The notes beneath the pieces are model-generated. The model had not been told where the DNA came from, searched no databases, and saw only the letters and a list, made by a program, of their open reading frames with translations. Made by a program: the position numbers and the translations under genes. From IMG/VR virus record IMGVR_UViG_2695420475_000006: 64,000 bases of DNA; one strand, written 5' to 3'. This document shows positions 18,662 to 29,083 of this stretch, one piece after another (position 1 is the stretch's first letter; each line of letters opens with the position of its first letter). The DNA is from an uncultured virus (IMG/VR IMGVR_UViG_2695420475_000006) (taxonomy: Duplodnaviria; Heunggongvirae; Uroviricota; Caudoviricetes).

Positions 18662-19255
18662 ATGGCAATGATTGGTAACAAGATCGCTCGCGGCGCGGCT
18701 GCGGGCGTGTTGGCGGTCGGCGCGTTCGCGCTGACCGCGTGCGTCGGTGACAAATCCGAGGCCAGTCCGGCGGTCGCGCAGTTGGGTTCCCCTGTGAAGG
18801 TCAGCGGCTCGTCGGGCTGGAGTGGTGACGGGGATTATTCCGGCACCGTCACTGTCGACCCTGGTCCCGCGTGTGCGCTCGATGATGACGGTCGGGTCGT
18901 CGTGTTCCATGTTCGGGCTGGTGCTGAGAAAGGCTCGGTCCCGACTGGCAACTGGAGGTTGCAGACCGGGAATGCCGACCCTGTGTCGAATGGTCACTTC
19001 GATCTTGGCGATTTCGCTGGGCCGTTGATTGGGTCGCCGGTTGATACGGACAAGGCGTGGGGTGATATCGCGTTCCATCTGCCCCCGAAGACCGTTCCGA
19101 CCCGATTGCAGCTTTTCGCGGGTGACGATCGGTACAGCAACTCTCCGGGGGTTGCGCTTGCCCAGTGGGCGACGCCGATGGAGGTCAAAGCATCGGTGTA
19201 TTGCTCGGGGCCGCTGCAGGCCGCAGTCAAGCGTGAGACGCCTGTGACGAACTGA
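18662..19255 (+). CDS. Lipoprotein
   Basis: Signal peptide with lipobox LTAC; GGAAGGA RBS. Confidence 0.8.
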   Translation: MAMIGNKIARGAAAGVLAVGAFALTACVGDKSEASPAVAQLGSPVKVSGSSGWSGDGDYSGTVTVDPGPACALDDDGRVVVFHVRAGAEKGSVPTGNWRLQTGNADPVSNGHFDLGDFAGPLIGSPVDTDKAWGDIAFHLPPKTVPTRLQLFAGDDRYSNSPGVALAQWATPMEVKASVYCSGPLQAAVKRETPVTN

Positions 19256-19265
19256 TCGTGTGAGG

Positions 19266-19312
19266 AATCCCCCGCGGACGGCGTGGGGAAGATGCCGTCC
19301 CCGGGGGATTTT
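19266..19312 (+). terminator. Long hairpin terminator
   Basis: AATCCCCCG-C-GGACGGCGT...ATGCCGTCC-C-CGGGGGATT followed by T tract. Confidence 0.6.
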
Positions 19313-19406
19313 CATCCTCGACGGGTGATGTGTCCCACGAGTTTTGGCGTTTGGTTCTTGTTACCCGGATGTCCGTTCTCAAATGATCTGTCGCANNNNN
19401 NNNNNN

Positions 19407-19583
19407 GTCGGCGCGGTGGTGCTGGAACCGTTCGCCGGATCGGGCACGACTGCCGAGGCGTGCATCCTCGAGGACCGGCGTTGCATCGCGATTGAACGTG
19501 AGGCCGAGTACCTGCCGTTGATCGTGTCCCGGCTACGCAAGCCGGTGCAGCAAGGGCTATTCGGGTTAGGGGCGGGCGCATGA
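19407..19583 (+). CDS. 3' fragment of N6A/N4C DNA methyltransferase (cut by gap)
   Basis: VLEPFAGSGTT SAM-binding motif, IAIERE. Confidence 0.75.
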   Translation, partial: VGAVVLEPFAGSGTTAEACILEDRRCIAIEREAEYLPLIVSRLRKPVQQGLFGLGAGA

Positions 19584-19708
19584 CCCGCACCCCCGAGAGC
19601 ACCAAGGCATACCAGGCCGGTCTGTGCGTGGACTGCAAGACCGAGCCGCGCAGCGCCGGTCGGCCACGGTGCGACAAATGCCATACAAAATTCAGAAGGG
19701 GTGAGTGA
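19580..19708 (+). CDS. 42-aa Zn-finger protein
   Basis: CVDC...CDKC; coupled at both ends. Confidence 0.6.
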   Translation: MTRTPESTKAYQAGLCVDCKTEPRSAGRPRCDKCHTKFRRGE

Positions 19709-20691
19709 TGGGCGACAAGACCGGCATCGAATGGGCCGATGCCACATGGAATCCGGTAACCGGTTGCGACAAGGTGTCTCCCGGCTGCGATCACTGCTAC
19801 GCCGAGACGTTCGCAGAGCGTTGGCGCGGCACGCGGGGGCACTATTTCGAGACCGGATTCGATGTGCAGCTGCGACCGGACAAGCTCGACTTGCCGCTGC
19901 GCTGGACCAAGCCTCGCCGCATCTTCGTAAATTCAATGTCAGATCTATTCCACGACAAGGTGCCTGACGAGTACATCGCCCGCGTGTTCGCCGTCATGGC
20001 GCTCGCACCGCAGCACACGTTCCAGCTGCTCACTAAGCGTCACGGGCGGATGCGGACACTGTTGCGAGATGGCGAGTTTCAACAGCAGGTCTACGACGCA
20101 TGGGGACAGCTGGAGATGCCGAAGGGGCGCCCGTCGATGGAGGACTGGCCGTGGTCCGGTTGGCCACTACCCAACGTCTGGCTGGGTGTCAGCGCCGAGG
20201 ATCAGAAGCGCGCCGACCTCCGCATCCCCGCGCTGCTGGACACCCCGGCCGCCGCACGGTTCGTCAGTGCCGAGCCGCTTCTCGGGCCGATCGACCTACA
20301 TGGTGACCCGATCGGGAAAGACTCGGTTTTCTGGATCGGGCATCTGGACTGGGTGATCGTCGGCGGCGAATCTGGCTCCGGCGCAAGGCCAATGCACCCA
20401 GACTGGGCGCGCTCACTGCGCGACCAATGCCTAGCCGCTGGCGTGCCGTTCCTGTTCAAACAGTGGGGCGAATGGCGTTGGACGCGCGAGGCCGACGACT
20501 ACGAGTATGAGCGAGCGCACGGCGATCTCTACCCCAACGCCAAATGGGAAACGGTCTCACCTGACGGCGTGATCGCCGCCGATAACATCCCGCATCCGGG
20601 GTACGCCACCATGCAGCGCGTCGGCAAGAAGCGCGCCGGGCGCGAGCTGGACGGGCGCACATGGGACCAATACCCCGAGGTGGTGCGCTGA
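19708..20691 (+). CDS. DUF5131 (Gp37/Gp68) family protein
   Basis: TGIEW.D.TWNP.TGCDKVSPGCDHCYA, NSMSDLFH, WVIVGGESG, FKQWG. Confidence 0.9.
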   Translation: MGDKTGIEWADATWNPVTGCDKVSPGCDHCYAETFAERWRGTRGHYFETGFDVQLRPDKLDLPLRWTKPRRIFVNSMSDLFHDKVPDEYIARVFAVMALAPQHTFQLLTKRHGRMRTLLRDGEFQQQVYDAWGQLEMPKGRPSMEDWPWSGWPLPNVWLGVSAEDQKRADLRIPALLDTPAAARFVSAEPLLGPIDLHGDPIGKDSVFWIGHLDWVIVGGESGSGARPMHPDWARSLRDQCLAAGVPFLFKQWGEWRWTREADDYEYERAHGDLYPNAKWETVSPDGVIAADNIPHPGYATMQRVGKKRAGRELDGRTWDQYPEVVR

Positions 20692-21128
20692 TGGCCACAC
20701 GTAAGTACATCTACCGCGTGGTTGTCGACGAGTGGCCGACCGAGGACGGCATGCCCTTCATTGACCAAGACTGGCGCTGGTGGGAGCAGATCGTCGACTA
20801 CTTCCACAATCCCGAGGGTGATGACCCGTCGCCCGCCTGGCTGCCCGATATCACCGAGTACCTGGAAGACCAGGGTGACGAATGGACGCCGGCGGGTTGG
20901 GGCAACAAGCCGCGATTCACCCGCCTTGTGTGCGAATCCGGAGATGCGCCCGACTACCCGAATGGATATCGGGGCTACGACGACCAGCCTGTGATCGCCG
21001 TGCCGATCGCTCCTGCCCGCCGGTTCATGCAACGGGCCCAGCCGGACGCGGCGGCAAAACAGCTGCGCGAGTGGGGATGCAAAGCACACGTGGAACGCGC
21101 TGCCCTTGGTGACTGGGAGGCGGCCTGA
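20691..21128 (+). CDS. Hypothetical protein (mosaic copy of 12247/37819 gene)
   Basis: Mix of allele A and allele D SNPs. Confidence 0.6.
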   Translation: MATRKYIYRVVVDEWPTEDGMPFIDQDWRWWEQIVDYFHNPEGDDPSPAWLPDITEYLEDQGDEWTPAGWGNKPRFTRLVCESGDAPDYPNGYRGYDDQPVIAVPIAPARRFMQRAQPDAAAKQLREWGCKAHVERAALGDWEAA

Positions 21129-21490
21129 TGCCCATACGTCCCGAGAACCGCGACCGTTACCCCAAGGACTGGCCCGAGATCTCGCGCCGCATCCGTTTTG
21201 AGCGCGCCCAAGGCCGCTGCGAGTGTGAGGGCGAGTGCCTGCGCGGTACTCACCTCGACCGCTGCCCGAATGTCAACGGGCAGCCCGCATACGGCACCGG
21301 CAGCCGCGTCGTGCTGACCGTGGCGCACCTGAACCACACCCCCGAGGACTGCCGCGACGAGAACCTGCGTGCGATGTGCCAGGGCTGCCACCTGAACTAC
21401 GACCTAGAGCACCACGCGCAGACGCGCCAGCGAGCCCGCACGGCAGCTCTTGAGGCGCAGATGGATTCGATGTTCGAGGAGGTTTCGTGA
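21128..21490 (+). CDS. HNH-like protein (copy 2)
   Basis: Same protein as 12684-13046. Confidence 0.7.
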   Translation: MPIRPENRDRYPKDWPEISRRIRFERAQGRCECEGECLRGTHLDRCPNVNGQPAYGTGSRVVLTVAHLNHTPEDCRDENLRAMCQGCHLNYDLEHHAQTRQRARTAALEAQMDSMFEEVS

Positions 21491-21552
21491 GCTATAGACG
21501 AGCCTGCGTCGAGCGCGGGGGCGGTGTCGAGCCGGACGGCGTCTCGACCACC

Positions 21553-22131
21553 TCAGAACACGTGGTGACCCTTGCGAACTTCGGGAAGGTCCGATGGCGG
21601 AGGTGTTATGTCGGCCAACCGGAAGCGTCTGATCTGCTGCCGAGATCGCACTCCCCAATCCTTCTTCTTGCGAGTTGGTGGTGGCCACCAACTGATTTGA
21701 ATGCTCGCCTTATCCCACACGTCGAAGCTCTCTGCGTTGGCCGTGACGGATATAGAGTCCCCGGTTCGCAAAAGGGGAATTGGCTGATGGATCTCCAGTT
21801 GTCCGTGACCGGCAGCATTTTCCACAGAACCCGTCCACGGCTCCCGGCTCAGATGCTCTCCGGAGATGCGCACCTGATGTGCTGTTCCATCGCCAATGTT
21901 TTGAAAGATCACGGCTACTTTTGGTGCAGCAACCCTGTTGCCGACGCCGTCTTGCCCGCCACGTCGGACGAGTCGAATCGACCACTCCGCCTCTGTCCGG
22001 TCCTGATACCGCCACCAGATCGCGGTGGCAGTGGATGCCGCGGTAGACAGGGCGGTCGCAATCGCGGCGGCAAGACCTACACCGCCCCAGAATCCGACGT
22101 CGTGAAGTTGCTCTGCGGCGATCGTGATCAT
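21553..22131 (-). CDS. Single-pass membrane protein (copy 2)
   Basis: Same as 13109-13687. Confidence 0.6.
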   Translation of the reverse strand: MITIAAEQLHDVGFWGGVGLAAAIATALSTAASTATAIWWRYQDRTEAEWSIRLVRRGGQDGVGNRVAAPKVAVIFQNIGDGTAHQVRISGEHLSREPWTGSVENAAGHGQLEIHQPIPLLRTGDSISVTANAESFDVWDKASIQISWWPPPTRKKKDWGVRSRQQIRRFRLADITPPPSDLPEVRKGHHVF

Positions 22132-22368
22132 GGACGCAAAGGGTACGTCTTCAGTCGGGTGTTCGTAGTGAATCGCGATGGCGCCCTTCACGCCGCCCTT
22201 AGCCTCCTCCTTCACCTTGGCGGTGTCTGTGAGTGAGTTGTTGCCCCGGGTGCTGTTCACGTATGCCGAATGCCGCGCGCTGGGCCGCTGCACGTACTGC
22301 GGTTGGCATCCACCCACGCAGGGCCACCACCCGAATTGCCCACGCCCACAGAAACGGAAGGGATGTCG

Positions 22369-22659
22369 ATGAGTCGGAACTGGCAGGCCCGCGCAGTGTG
22401 CAGGGACGAAGACCCCGAGCTGTTCTTCCCTGACCCGTCCGACACTGTGACTGCGCGGCAAGCGCAGGCGGTGTGCGCGAAATGTCCTGTGAGATCGCGG
22501 TGCCGGGCCGCCGCCAGCGCGAGACGTGAACCGTACGGGATCTGGGGCGGCGTCAACCGCGAGCTGGACGCGGACAGGCGACGATCCGCCTTTTCACCCC
22601 CGACGAATGAAATCAGCACACCGCCCACCATCCCGACCACCGCAGAGGCAGCACAGTGA
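22369..22659 (+). CDS. whiB: WhiB-family regulator (copy 2)
   Basis: Same as 13925-14215. Confidence 0.85.
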   Translation: MSRNWQARAVCRDEDPELFFPDPSDTVTARQAQAVCAKCPVRSRCRAAASARREPYGIWGGVNRELDADRRRSAFSPPTNEISTPPTIPTTAEAAQ

Positions 22660-23789
22660 CGACCCGCGAGTACGCCAAAAACCTGTTCGCCCAATGGTCC
22701 GACGACGACTTCTGCAACCAACCGATCTTCGACAAGCTGTTCTTCCAGGTCCTCAACGGGCAGCGCGCCGTCAATGCCGCCGGCATCCAGCCGATCAACT
22801 TCACCCGCTGGCGCAAGGCCATGCGCGACGGCGACCACCTGCCCGCCGTGGGCGACCTGCAGGCCGCGCTGGTGCGCATGGAGCGCCGCGGCTTCGTGTT
22901 CACCGACGAGGACACGGGGGAGGTGCTGGTGCGTTCCCGGATCCGCCGCGACGAACTCGACAAGCAGCCCACCATGTTCCTGGCCGCGCTGCGCCTCCTG
23001 GCCGTCATCGACTCGCCCAAGTTCGCCGCCGTGCTCGCCGACGAGCTCGACCGTATGGACGTCCCGGAAGTGAAGGGGGACAAGGACTACGCCAAGCGTC
23101 TGCGCGACTCCCTCAACGACACCCATCGGGCGGCCCGTGCACACCTCAAGACCCTGGCCGACGGATACCCGCAGCCGTTCCCAGAACCATTCGACGGACT
23201 CACCGAGGGACCCTCCCAGGGACCCACCCCTAGACCCTCTACAGGACCCTCCGAAGGACCCACCTCGGGAGGGTCTACGGGACCCACCCCGTCACCTGGG
23301 GAAACAGGACCCACCCCGGGACCCTCCCCGAGACCCACCCAGGGACCCTCGGGTTCTGGTTCAGGTTCAGGTTCTCTCACCTTGGTAACTACTCAAGTGG
23401 GGGGTACGCGTGCGCGCGCACACGAGACCGCCGAACCCACGCCAGCACCAGACGAACCCCCCACACGATGCAAAGCCCACCGCGACAACCCCGACGCCAT
23501 CGAGGACAACTGCGGCCCCTGCGCCAACTTCCGCAAGGCACACGAACGCTGGACCGAACACCAAACACGCGCCCAAGCCCAAGCCAGGGCCGACACCCTC
23601 CACCAAGCCGCCCAACTCCGCGCCCACGCCATCGCCACCTGCGACCTATGCGACCCAGACGGCTACCTCCCCGGCACCAGCACCGTCTGCAACCACAACC
23701 CCACCCAAGCCGAAACCAACGCCCGCGGACGCCAACTCGTCCACGCCGCACTCCGCAGCCGAACCCAGCAGGAGACCGACGATGCGTGA
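22656..23789 (+). CDS. Putative replication initiator (copy 2)
   Basis: Same as 14212-15345. Confidence 0.6.
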   Translation: MTTREYAKNLFAQWSDDDFCNQPIFDKLFFQVLNGQRAVNAAGIQPINFTRWRKAMRDGDHLPAVGDLQAALVRMERRGFVFTDEDTGEVLVRSRIRRDELDKQPTMFLAALRLLAVIDSPKFAAVLADELDRMDVPEVKGDKDYAKRLRDSLNDTHRAARAHLKTLADGYPQPFPEPFDGLTEGPSQGPTPRPSTGPSEGPTSGGSTGPTPSPGETGPTPGPSPRPTQGPSGSGSGSGSLTLVTTQVGGTRARAHETAEPTPAPDEPPTRCKAHRDNPDAIEDNCGPCANFRKAHERWTEHQTRAQAQARADTLHQAAQLRAHAIATCDLCDPDGYLPGTSTVCNHNPTQAETNARGRQLVHAALRSRTQQETDDA

Positions 23790-24152
23790 CCCCTACGACC
23801 CCTGGGCCGACGAACGCACACAAGCCCAACCCGACCTCACCGACATCGCCCAAGCCGAAGCCATCCGCAACTGCCACCTCTGCGACACCCACGGCCACCG
23901 AGACGGACTCCCATGCCGCCACATCGACCACGCCGCAGCCGCCAAACGAGGACTCGCCACCATCCGCGCCCAAATGGGCTGGAACACCCCCACAGGCACA
24001 ACAACCCAACAAACCAGCCAAAAACCGCCCCACGACGCCACCAGCAGCCAAAAAACACCCCTGTAACTCACCCCCACCACCCAAAAACCCCGAACCATCA
24101 ACCACCCAGCCCAAACCCCAGCCAGCACCCCCAACAAAGAAAATCCACCACC

Positions 24153-24641
24153 ATGCCGCCAGTCATGAACCGCCAAGGCTCAAACCAACGCGCCGAAAAA
24201 GCCTGGCAGCTCCACATCGCCGGCCGAACCTGGCGCGAAGTCGCCGAGGTCACGGGCTTCAAATCGCCCCAATCGGCCCAGAAAGCCGCCATGGCATGGC
24301 TCAAGAAGAATCCGCCGTCCACCCTCGAAATAGCGCGCCGCGCGAACGGTGACGGCATCCGCCAGGTTCGCGGAATGCTGATGGAGACCATGGCGAAGGC
24401 CAAGGCCAAGGGGGAGCACCGCACCGTTTCTGAGCTGGGCCGCGCGGTACTCGACAGCTACGAGAAGGAGGCGAAGCTGTGGGGTCTGTTCGTCGTTGTG
24501 CCTGAGGAGGTCAACGTGAACGTTACGACCGCCGTGGCGGTGCTGGAGCGAGCGGAGGCCGAGCTACTGGCACTGGCTGCGGCCGGCCAGCCCGCGATCT
24601 CGGCGCAGCCCGTCATCGACGCCGAGGTGGTCGAGCCGTGA
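24153..24641 (+). CDS. TerS-like HTH protein (copy 2)
   Basis: Same as 15709-16197. Confidence 0.5.
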   Translation: MPPVMNRQGSNQRAEKAWQLHIAGRTWREVAEVTGFKSPQSAQKAAMAWLKKNPPSTLEIARRANGDGIRQVRGMLMETMAKAKAKGEHRTVSELGRAVLDSYEKEAKLWGLFVVVPEEVNVNVTTAVAVLERAEAELLALAAAGQPAISAQPVIDAEVVEP

Positions 24642-24982
24642 CCGCCCCGACCGAGCCCGTGCAGGATGCGATCAAGGCGGCGATGTTGGTCGCCAAGGAT
24701 GTGGCTGAGGGACGGCTGGACCCGGCCGCGCTGGACGCCGCAGTGGTGGCCGAGTGCCGCGAGCTGTTCGCGTTCGTGTCCGGGCCCGGAGATCCGTTGT
24801 GGGACATCCACGTCGAGGTGGCCCGCCAGGTGCTCGCCCTCGATGGCATCCCGGTCGACGAGCTGGCCGAGTGGCTGGCCGTGACCCGCCGGGCGCAGGG
24901 CGTCGAAGCGCCGGCCGATTCGTGGATGGCGCGCGTACTGGAGCAGCTGGCCGACGAGGACGACGAGGCCGAGCCAGTCTAA
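24638..24982 (+). CDS. Hypothetical protein (copy 2)
   Basis: Same as 16194-16538. Confidence 0.6.
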   Translation: MTAPTEPVQDAIKAAMLVAKDVAEGRLDPAALDAAVVAECRELFAFVSGPGDPLWDIHVEVARQVLALDGIPVDELAEWLAVTRRAQGVEAPADSWMARVLEQLADEDDEAEPV

Positions 24983-25125
24983 CTGGGGTATACCCGTGCC
25001 GGACCCTTTATCGATCCCAGATTCTTGCCCGCGAAATGCGCAGATGGTCTCTAAAAAGGGTGGTTGACGGATTGTTAGACGGCGATCTAATGTGGTCTAG
25101 AACCTAATTAGAAAAGGAGGGGTTC

Positions 25126-25395
25126 ATGACCACCATCGCGGATGACCTTGCCGCCGACCTCGGCAGCGACTTCCAAGTCACCACCACCCCGCAGGGCTGG
25201 ACCGAAGTGCGCGTCCGACCCGAACGCGCGATCGGCGACAAGCTCGACTTGGCCCGCATCGTCACCGCCGACAACACCTATCGCCTGATTCACCTGACCC
25301 ACAACGAGGTCTGCAAAGGCGAGGCGACATTCGTCGGCTCGATGCTCGGGTTCCTGCCGGCCGTGGTGCGTGAGTTTTGCGAAGTGGTGTTCTGA
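25126..25395 (+). CDS. Hypothetical protein (copy 2)
   Basis: Same as 16682-16951. Confidence 0.6.
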   Translation: MTTIADDLAADLGSDFQVTTTPQGWTEVRVRPERAIGDKLDLARIVTADNTYRLIHLTHNEVCKGEATFVGSMLGFLPAVVREFCEVVF

Positions 25396-25397
25396 CC

Positions 25398-25763
25398 GTG
25401 GCTGACGGCGACAAGCTGCACGCCGCGATCGGCGCCCGCACTACCGCGCAACTGCTGTCCTACCTGGCGCACCTGGAGACCATGACCGTCACGCCAGAGA
25501 CGCGTCTGGTGGGTGCGTTGATCGCTGACACCATCACCGAGCGCGAGGGCATTGACGACGCGCTGGACGAGGTGTTCGCGGACCAGACGTTCAACGGCAC
25601 CTATCTCGACGCGATCCGCGCCGCGCTGGCCGACCGGCGCGTCCGGCACCGGCGCACTGGCGCCGAGGGCATGTTGCTCAACGAGCGCGGCCGGCCCATC
25701 GCGATCGTCCACTGGGACAGCCAGCCGCTACCGACGTGGGCCGACTGGTCCGACCTCGAATGA
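25398..25763 (+). CDS. Hypothetical protein (copy 2)
   Basis: Same as 16954-17319. Confidence 0.55.
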   Translation: MADGDKLHAAIGARTTAQLLSYLAHLETMTVTPETRLVGALIADTITEREGIDDALDEVFADQTFNGTYLDAIRAALADRRVRHRRTGAEGMLLNERGRPIAIVHWDSQPLPTWADWSDLE

Positions 25764-26131
25764 CGAAGGGATGATGACCCGATGAGCGACTCGAAGACGG
25801 GGCAGCAGGTCGGCTACGTNNNNNNNNNNNGTCGGCGCGGTGGTGCTGGAACCGTTCGCCGGATCGGGCACGACTGCCGAGGCGTGCATCCTCGAGGACC
25901 GGCGTTGCATCGCGATTGAACGTGAGGCCGAGTACCTGCCGTTGATCGTGTCCCGGCTACGCAAGCCGGTGCAGCAAGGGCTATTCGGGTTAGGGGCGGG
26001 CGCATGACCCGCACCCCCGAGAGCACCAAGGCATACCAGGCCGGTCTGTGCGTGGACTGCAAGACCGAGCCGCGCAGCGCCGGTCGGCCACGGTGCGACA
26101 AATGCCATACAAAATTCAGAAGGGGTGAGTG

Positions 26132-27115
26132 ATGGGCGACAAGACCGGCATCGAATGGGCCGATGCCACATGGAATCCGGTAACCGGTTGCGACAAGGTG
26201 TCTCCCGGCTGCGATCACTGCTACGCCGAGACGTTCGCAGAGCGTTGGCGCGGCACGCGGGGGCACTATTTCGAGACCGGATTCGATGTGCAGCTGCGAC
26301 CGGACAAGCTCGACTTGCCGCTGCGCTGGACCAAGCCTCGCCGCATCTTCGTAAATTCAATGTCAGATCTATTCCACGACAAGGTGCCTGACGAGTACAT
26401 CGCCCGCGTGTTCGCCGTCATGGCGCTCGCACCGCAGCACACGTTCCAGCTGCTCACTAAGCGTCACGGGCGGATGCGGACACTGTTGCGAGATGGCGAG
26501 TTTCAACAGCAGGTCTACGACGCATGGGGACAGCTGGAGATGCCGAAGGGGCGCCCGTCGATGGAGGACTGGCCGTGGTCCGGTTGGCCACTACCCAACG
26601 TCTGGCTGGGTGTCAGCGCCGAGGATCAGAAGCGCGCCGACCTCCGCATCCCCGCGCTGCTGGACACCCCGGCCGCCGCACGGTTCGTCAGTGCCGAGCC
26701 GCTTCTCGGGCCGATCGACCTACATGGTGACCCGATCGGGAAAGACTCGGTTTTCTGGATCGGGCATCTGGACTGGGTGATCGTCGGCGGCGAATCTGGC
26801 TCCGGCGCAAGGCCAATGCACCCAGACTGGGCGCGCTCACTGCGCGACCAATGCCTAGCCGCTGGCGTGCCGTTCCTGTTCAAACAGTGGGGCGAATGGC
26901 GTTGGACGCGCGAGGCCGACGACTACGAGTATGAGCGAGCGCACGGCGATCTCTACCCCAACGCCAAATGGGAAACGGTCTCACCTGACGGCGTGATCGC
27001 CGCCGATAACATCCCGCATCCGGGGTACGCCACCATGCAGCGCGTCGGCAAGAAGCGCGCCGGGCGCGAGCTGGACGGGCGCACATGGGACCAATACCCC
27101 GAGGTGGTGCGCTGA
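26132..27115 (+). CDS. DUF5131 family protein (copy)
   Basis: Same as 19708-20691. Confidence 0.85.
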   Translation: MGDKTGIEWADATWNPVTGCDKVSPGCDHCYAETFAERWRGTRGHYFETGFDVQLRPDKLDLPLRWTKPRRIFVNSMSDLFHDKVPDEYIARVFAVMALAPQHTFQLLTKRHGRMRTLLRDGEFQQQVYDAWGQLEMPKGRPSMEDWPWSGWPLPNVWLGVSAEDQKRADLRIPALLDTPAAARFVSAEPLLGPIDLHGDPIGKDSVFWIGHLDWVIVGGESGSGARPMHPDWARSLRDQCLAAGVPFLFKQWGEWRWTREADDYEYERAHGDLYPNAKWETVSPDGVIAADNIPHPGYATMQRVGKKRAGRELDGRTWDQYPEVVR

Positions 27116-27552
27116 TGGCCACACGTAAGTACATCTACCGCGTGGTTGTCGACGAGTGGCCGACCGAGGACGGCATGCCCTTCATCGACCAGGACTGGCG
27201 CTGGTGGGAGCAGATCGTCGACTACTTCCACAATCCCGAGGGTGATGACCCGTCGCCCGCCTGGCTGCCCGATATCACCGAGTACCTGGAAGACCAGGGT
27301 GACGAATGGACGCCGGCGGGTTGGGGCAACAAGCCGCGATTCACCCGCCTTGTGTGCGAACCCGGAGACGAGCCCGACTACCCGAACGGATACCGAGGTT
27401 ACGACGACCAACCTGTGATCGCCGTGCCCATCGCTCCTGCCCGCCGGTTCATGCAACGCGCCCAACCGGACGCGGCGGCAAAACAGCTGCGCGAGTGGGG
27501 ATGCAAAGCACACGTGGAACGCGCTGCCCTTGGTGACTGGGAGGCGGCCTGA
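27115..27552 (+). CDS. Hypothetical protein (mosaic copy)
   Basis: Allele D except for allele A 3' end. Confidence 0.6.
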   Translation: MATRKYIYRVVVDEWPTEDGMPFIDQDWRWWEQIVDYFHNPEGDDPSPAWLPDITEYLEDQGDEWTPAGWGNKPRFTRLVCEPGDEPDYPNGYRGYDDQPVIAVPIAPARRFMQRAQPDAAAKQLREWGCKAHVERAALGDWEAA

Positions 27553-27914
27553 TGCCCATACGTCCCGAGAACCGCGACCGTTACCCCAAGGACTGGCCCG
27601 AGATCTCGCGCCGCATCCGTTTTGAGCGCGCCCAAGGCCGCTGCGAGTGTGAGGGCGAGTGCCTGCGCGGTACTCACCTCGACCGCTGCCCGAATGTCAA
27701 CGGGCAGCCCGCATACGGCACCGGCAGCCGCGTCGTGCTGACCGTGGCGCACCTGAACCACACCCCCGAGGACTGCCGCGACGAGAACCTGCGTGCGATG
27801 TGCCAGGGCTGCCACCTGAACTACGACCTAGAGCACCACGCGCAGACGCGCCAGCGAGCCCGCACGGCAGCTCTTGAGGCGCAGATGGATTCGATGTTCG
27901 AGGAGGTTTCGTGA
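27552..27914 (+). CDS. HNH-like protein (copy 3)
   Basis: Same as 12684-13046. Confidence 0.7.
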   Translation: MPIRPENRDRYPKDWPEISRRIRFERAQGRCECEGECLRGTHLDRCPNVNGQPAYGTGSRVVLTVAHLNHTPEDCRDENLRAMCQGCHLNYDLEHHAQTRQRARTAALEAQMDSMFEEVS

Positions 27915-27976
27915 GCTATAGACGAGCCTGCGTCGAGCGCGGGGGCGGTGTCGAGCCGGACGGCGTCTCGACCACC

Positions 27977-28555
27977 TCAGAACACGTGGTGACCCTTGCG
28001 AACTTCGGGAAGGTCCGATGGCGGAGGTGTTATGTCGGCCAACCGGAAGCGTCTGATCTGCTGCCGAGATCGCACTCCCCAATCCTTCTTCTTGCGAGTT
28101 GGTGGTGGCCACCAACTGATTTGAATGCTCGCCTTATCCCACACGTCGAAGCTCTCTGCGTTGGCCGTGACGGATATAGAGTCCCCGGTTCGCAAAAGGG
28201 GAATTGGCTGATGGATCTCCAGTTGTCCGTGACCGGCAGCATTTTCCACAGAACCCGTCCACGGCTCCCGGCTCAGATGCTCTCCGGAGATGCGCACCTG
28301 ATGTGCTGTTCCATCGCCAATGTTTTGAAAGATCACGGCTACTTTTGGTGCAGCAACCCTGTTGCCGACGCCGTCTTGCCCGCCACGTCGGACGAGTCGA
28401 ATCGACCACTCCGCCTCTGTCCGGTCCTGATACCGCCACCAGATCGCGGTGGCAGTGGATGCCGCGGTAGACAGGGCGGTCGCAATCGCGGCGGCAAGAC
28501 CTACACCGCCCCAGAATCCGACGTCGTGAAGTTGCTCTGCGGCGATCGTGATCAT
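27977..28555 (-). CDS. Single-pass membrane protein (copy 3)
   Basis: Same as 13109-13687. Confidence 0.6.
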   Translation of the reverse strand: MITIAAEQLHDVGFWGGVGLAAAIATALSTAASTATAIWWRYQDRTEAEWSIRLVRRGGQDGVGNRVAAPKVAVIFQNIGDGTAHQVRISGEHLSREPWTGSVENAAGHGQLEIHQPIPLLRTGDSISVTANAESFDVWDKASIQISWWPPPTRKKKDWGVRSRQQIRRFRLADITPPPSDLPEVRKGHHVF

Positions 28556-28792
28556 GGACGCAAAGGGTACGTCTTCAGTCGGGTGTTCGTAGTGAATCGC
28601 GATGGCGCCCTTCACGCCGCCCTTAGCCTCCTCCTTCACCTTGGCGGTGTCTGTGAGTGAGTTGTTGCCCCGGGTGCTGTTCACGTATGCCGAATGCCGC
28701 GCGCTGGGCCGCTGCACGTACTGCGGTTGGCATCCACCCACGCAGGGCCACCACCCGAATTGCCCACGCCCACAGAAACGGAAGGGATGTCG

Positions 28793-29083
28793 ATGAGTCG
28801 GAACTGGCAGGCCCGCGCAGTGTGCAGGGACGAAGACCCCGAGCTGTTCTTCCCTGACCCGTCCGACACTGTGACTGCGCGGCAAGCGCAGGCGGTGTGC
28901 GCGAAATGTCCTGTGAGATCGCGGTGCCGGGCCGCCGCCAGCGCGAGACGTGAACCGTACGGGATCTGGGGCGGCGTCAACCGCGAGCTGGACGCGGACA
29001 GGCGACGATCCGCCTTTTCACCCCCGACGAATGAAATCAGCACACCGCCCACCATCCCGACCACCGCAGAGGCAGCACAGTGA
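28793..29083 (+). CDS. whiB: WhiB-family regulator (copy 3)
   Basis: Same as 13925-14215. Confidence 0.85.
   Translation: MSRNWQARAVCRDEDPELFFPDPSDTVTARQAQAVCAKCPVRSRCRAAASARREPYGIWGGVNRELDADRRRSAFSPPTNEISTPPTIPTTAEAAQ

Larger units (their letters stand above)
1..19395 (+). mobile_element. Integrase-led prophage-like element 1 (early/replication genes, no virion genes seen)
   Basis: Int, repressor/Cro/Xis, RecET, RusA, MTase, WhiB, Rep in phage-type overlapping operon; att sites not identifiable in window. Confidence 0.8.
12257..19395 (+). repeat. Long direct repeat, copy 1 (also ~20701-25819 partial and ~27125-34263)
   Basis: Identical ORF sets at offsets +8444 and +14868. Confidence 0.95.
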
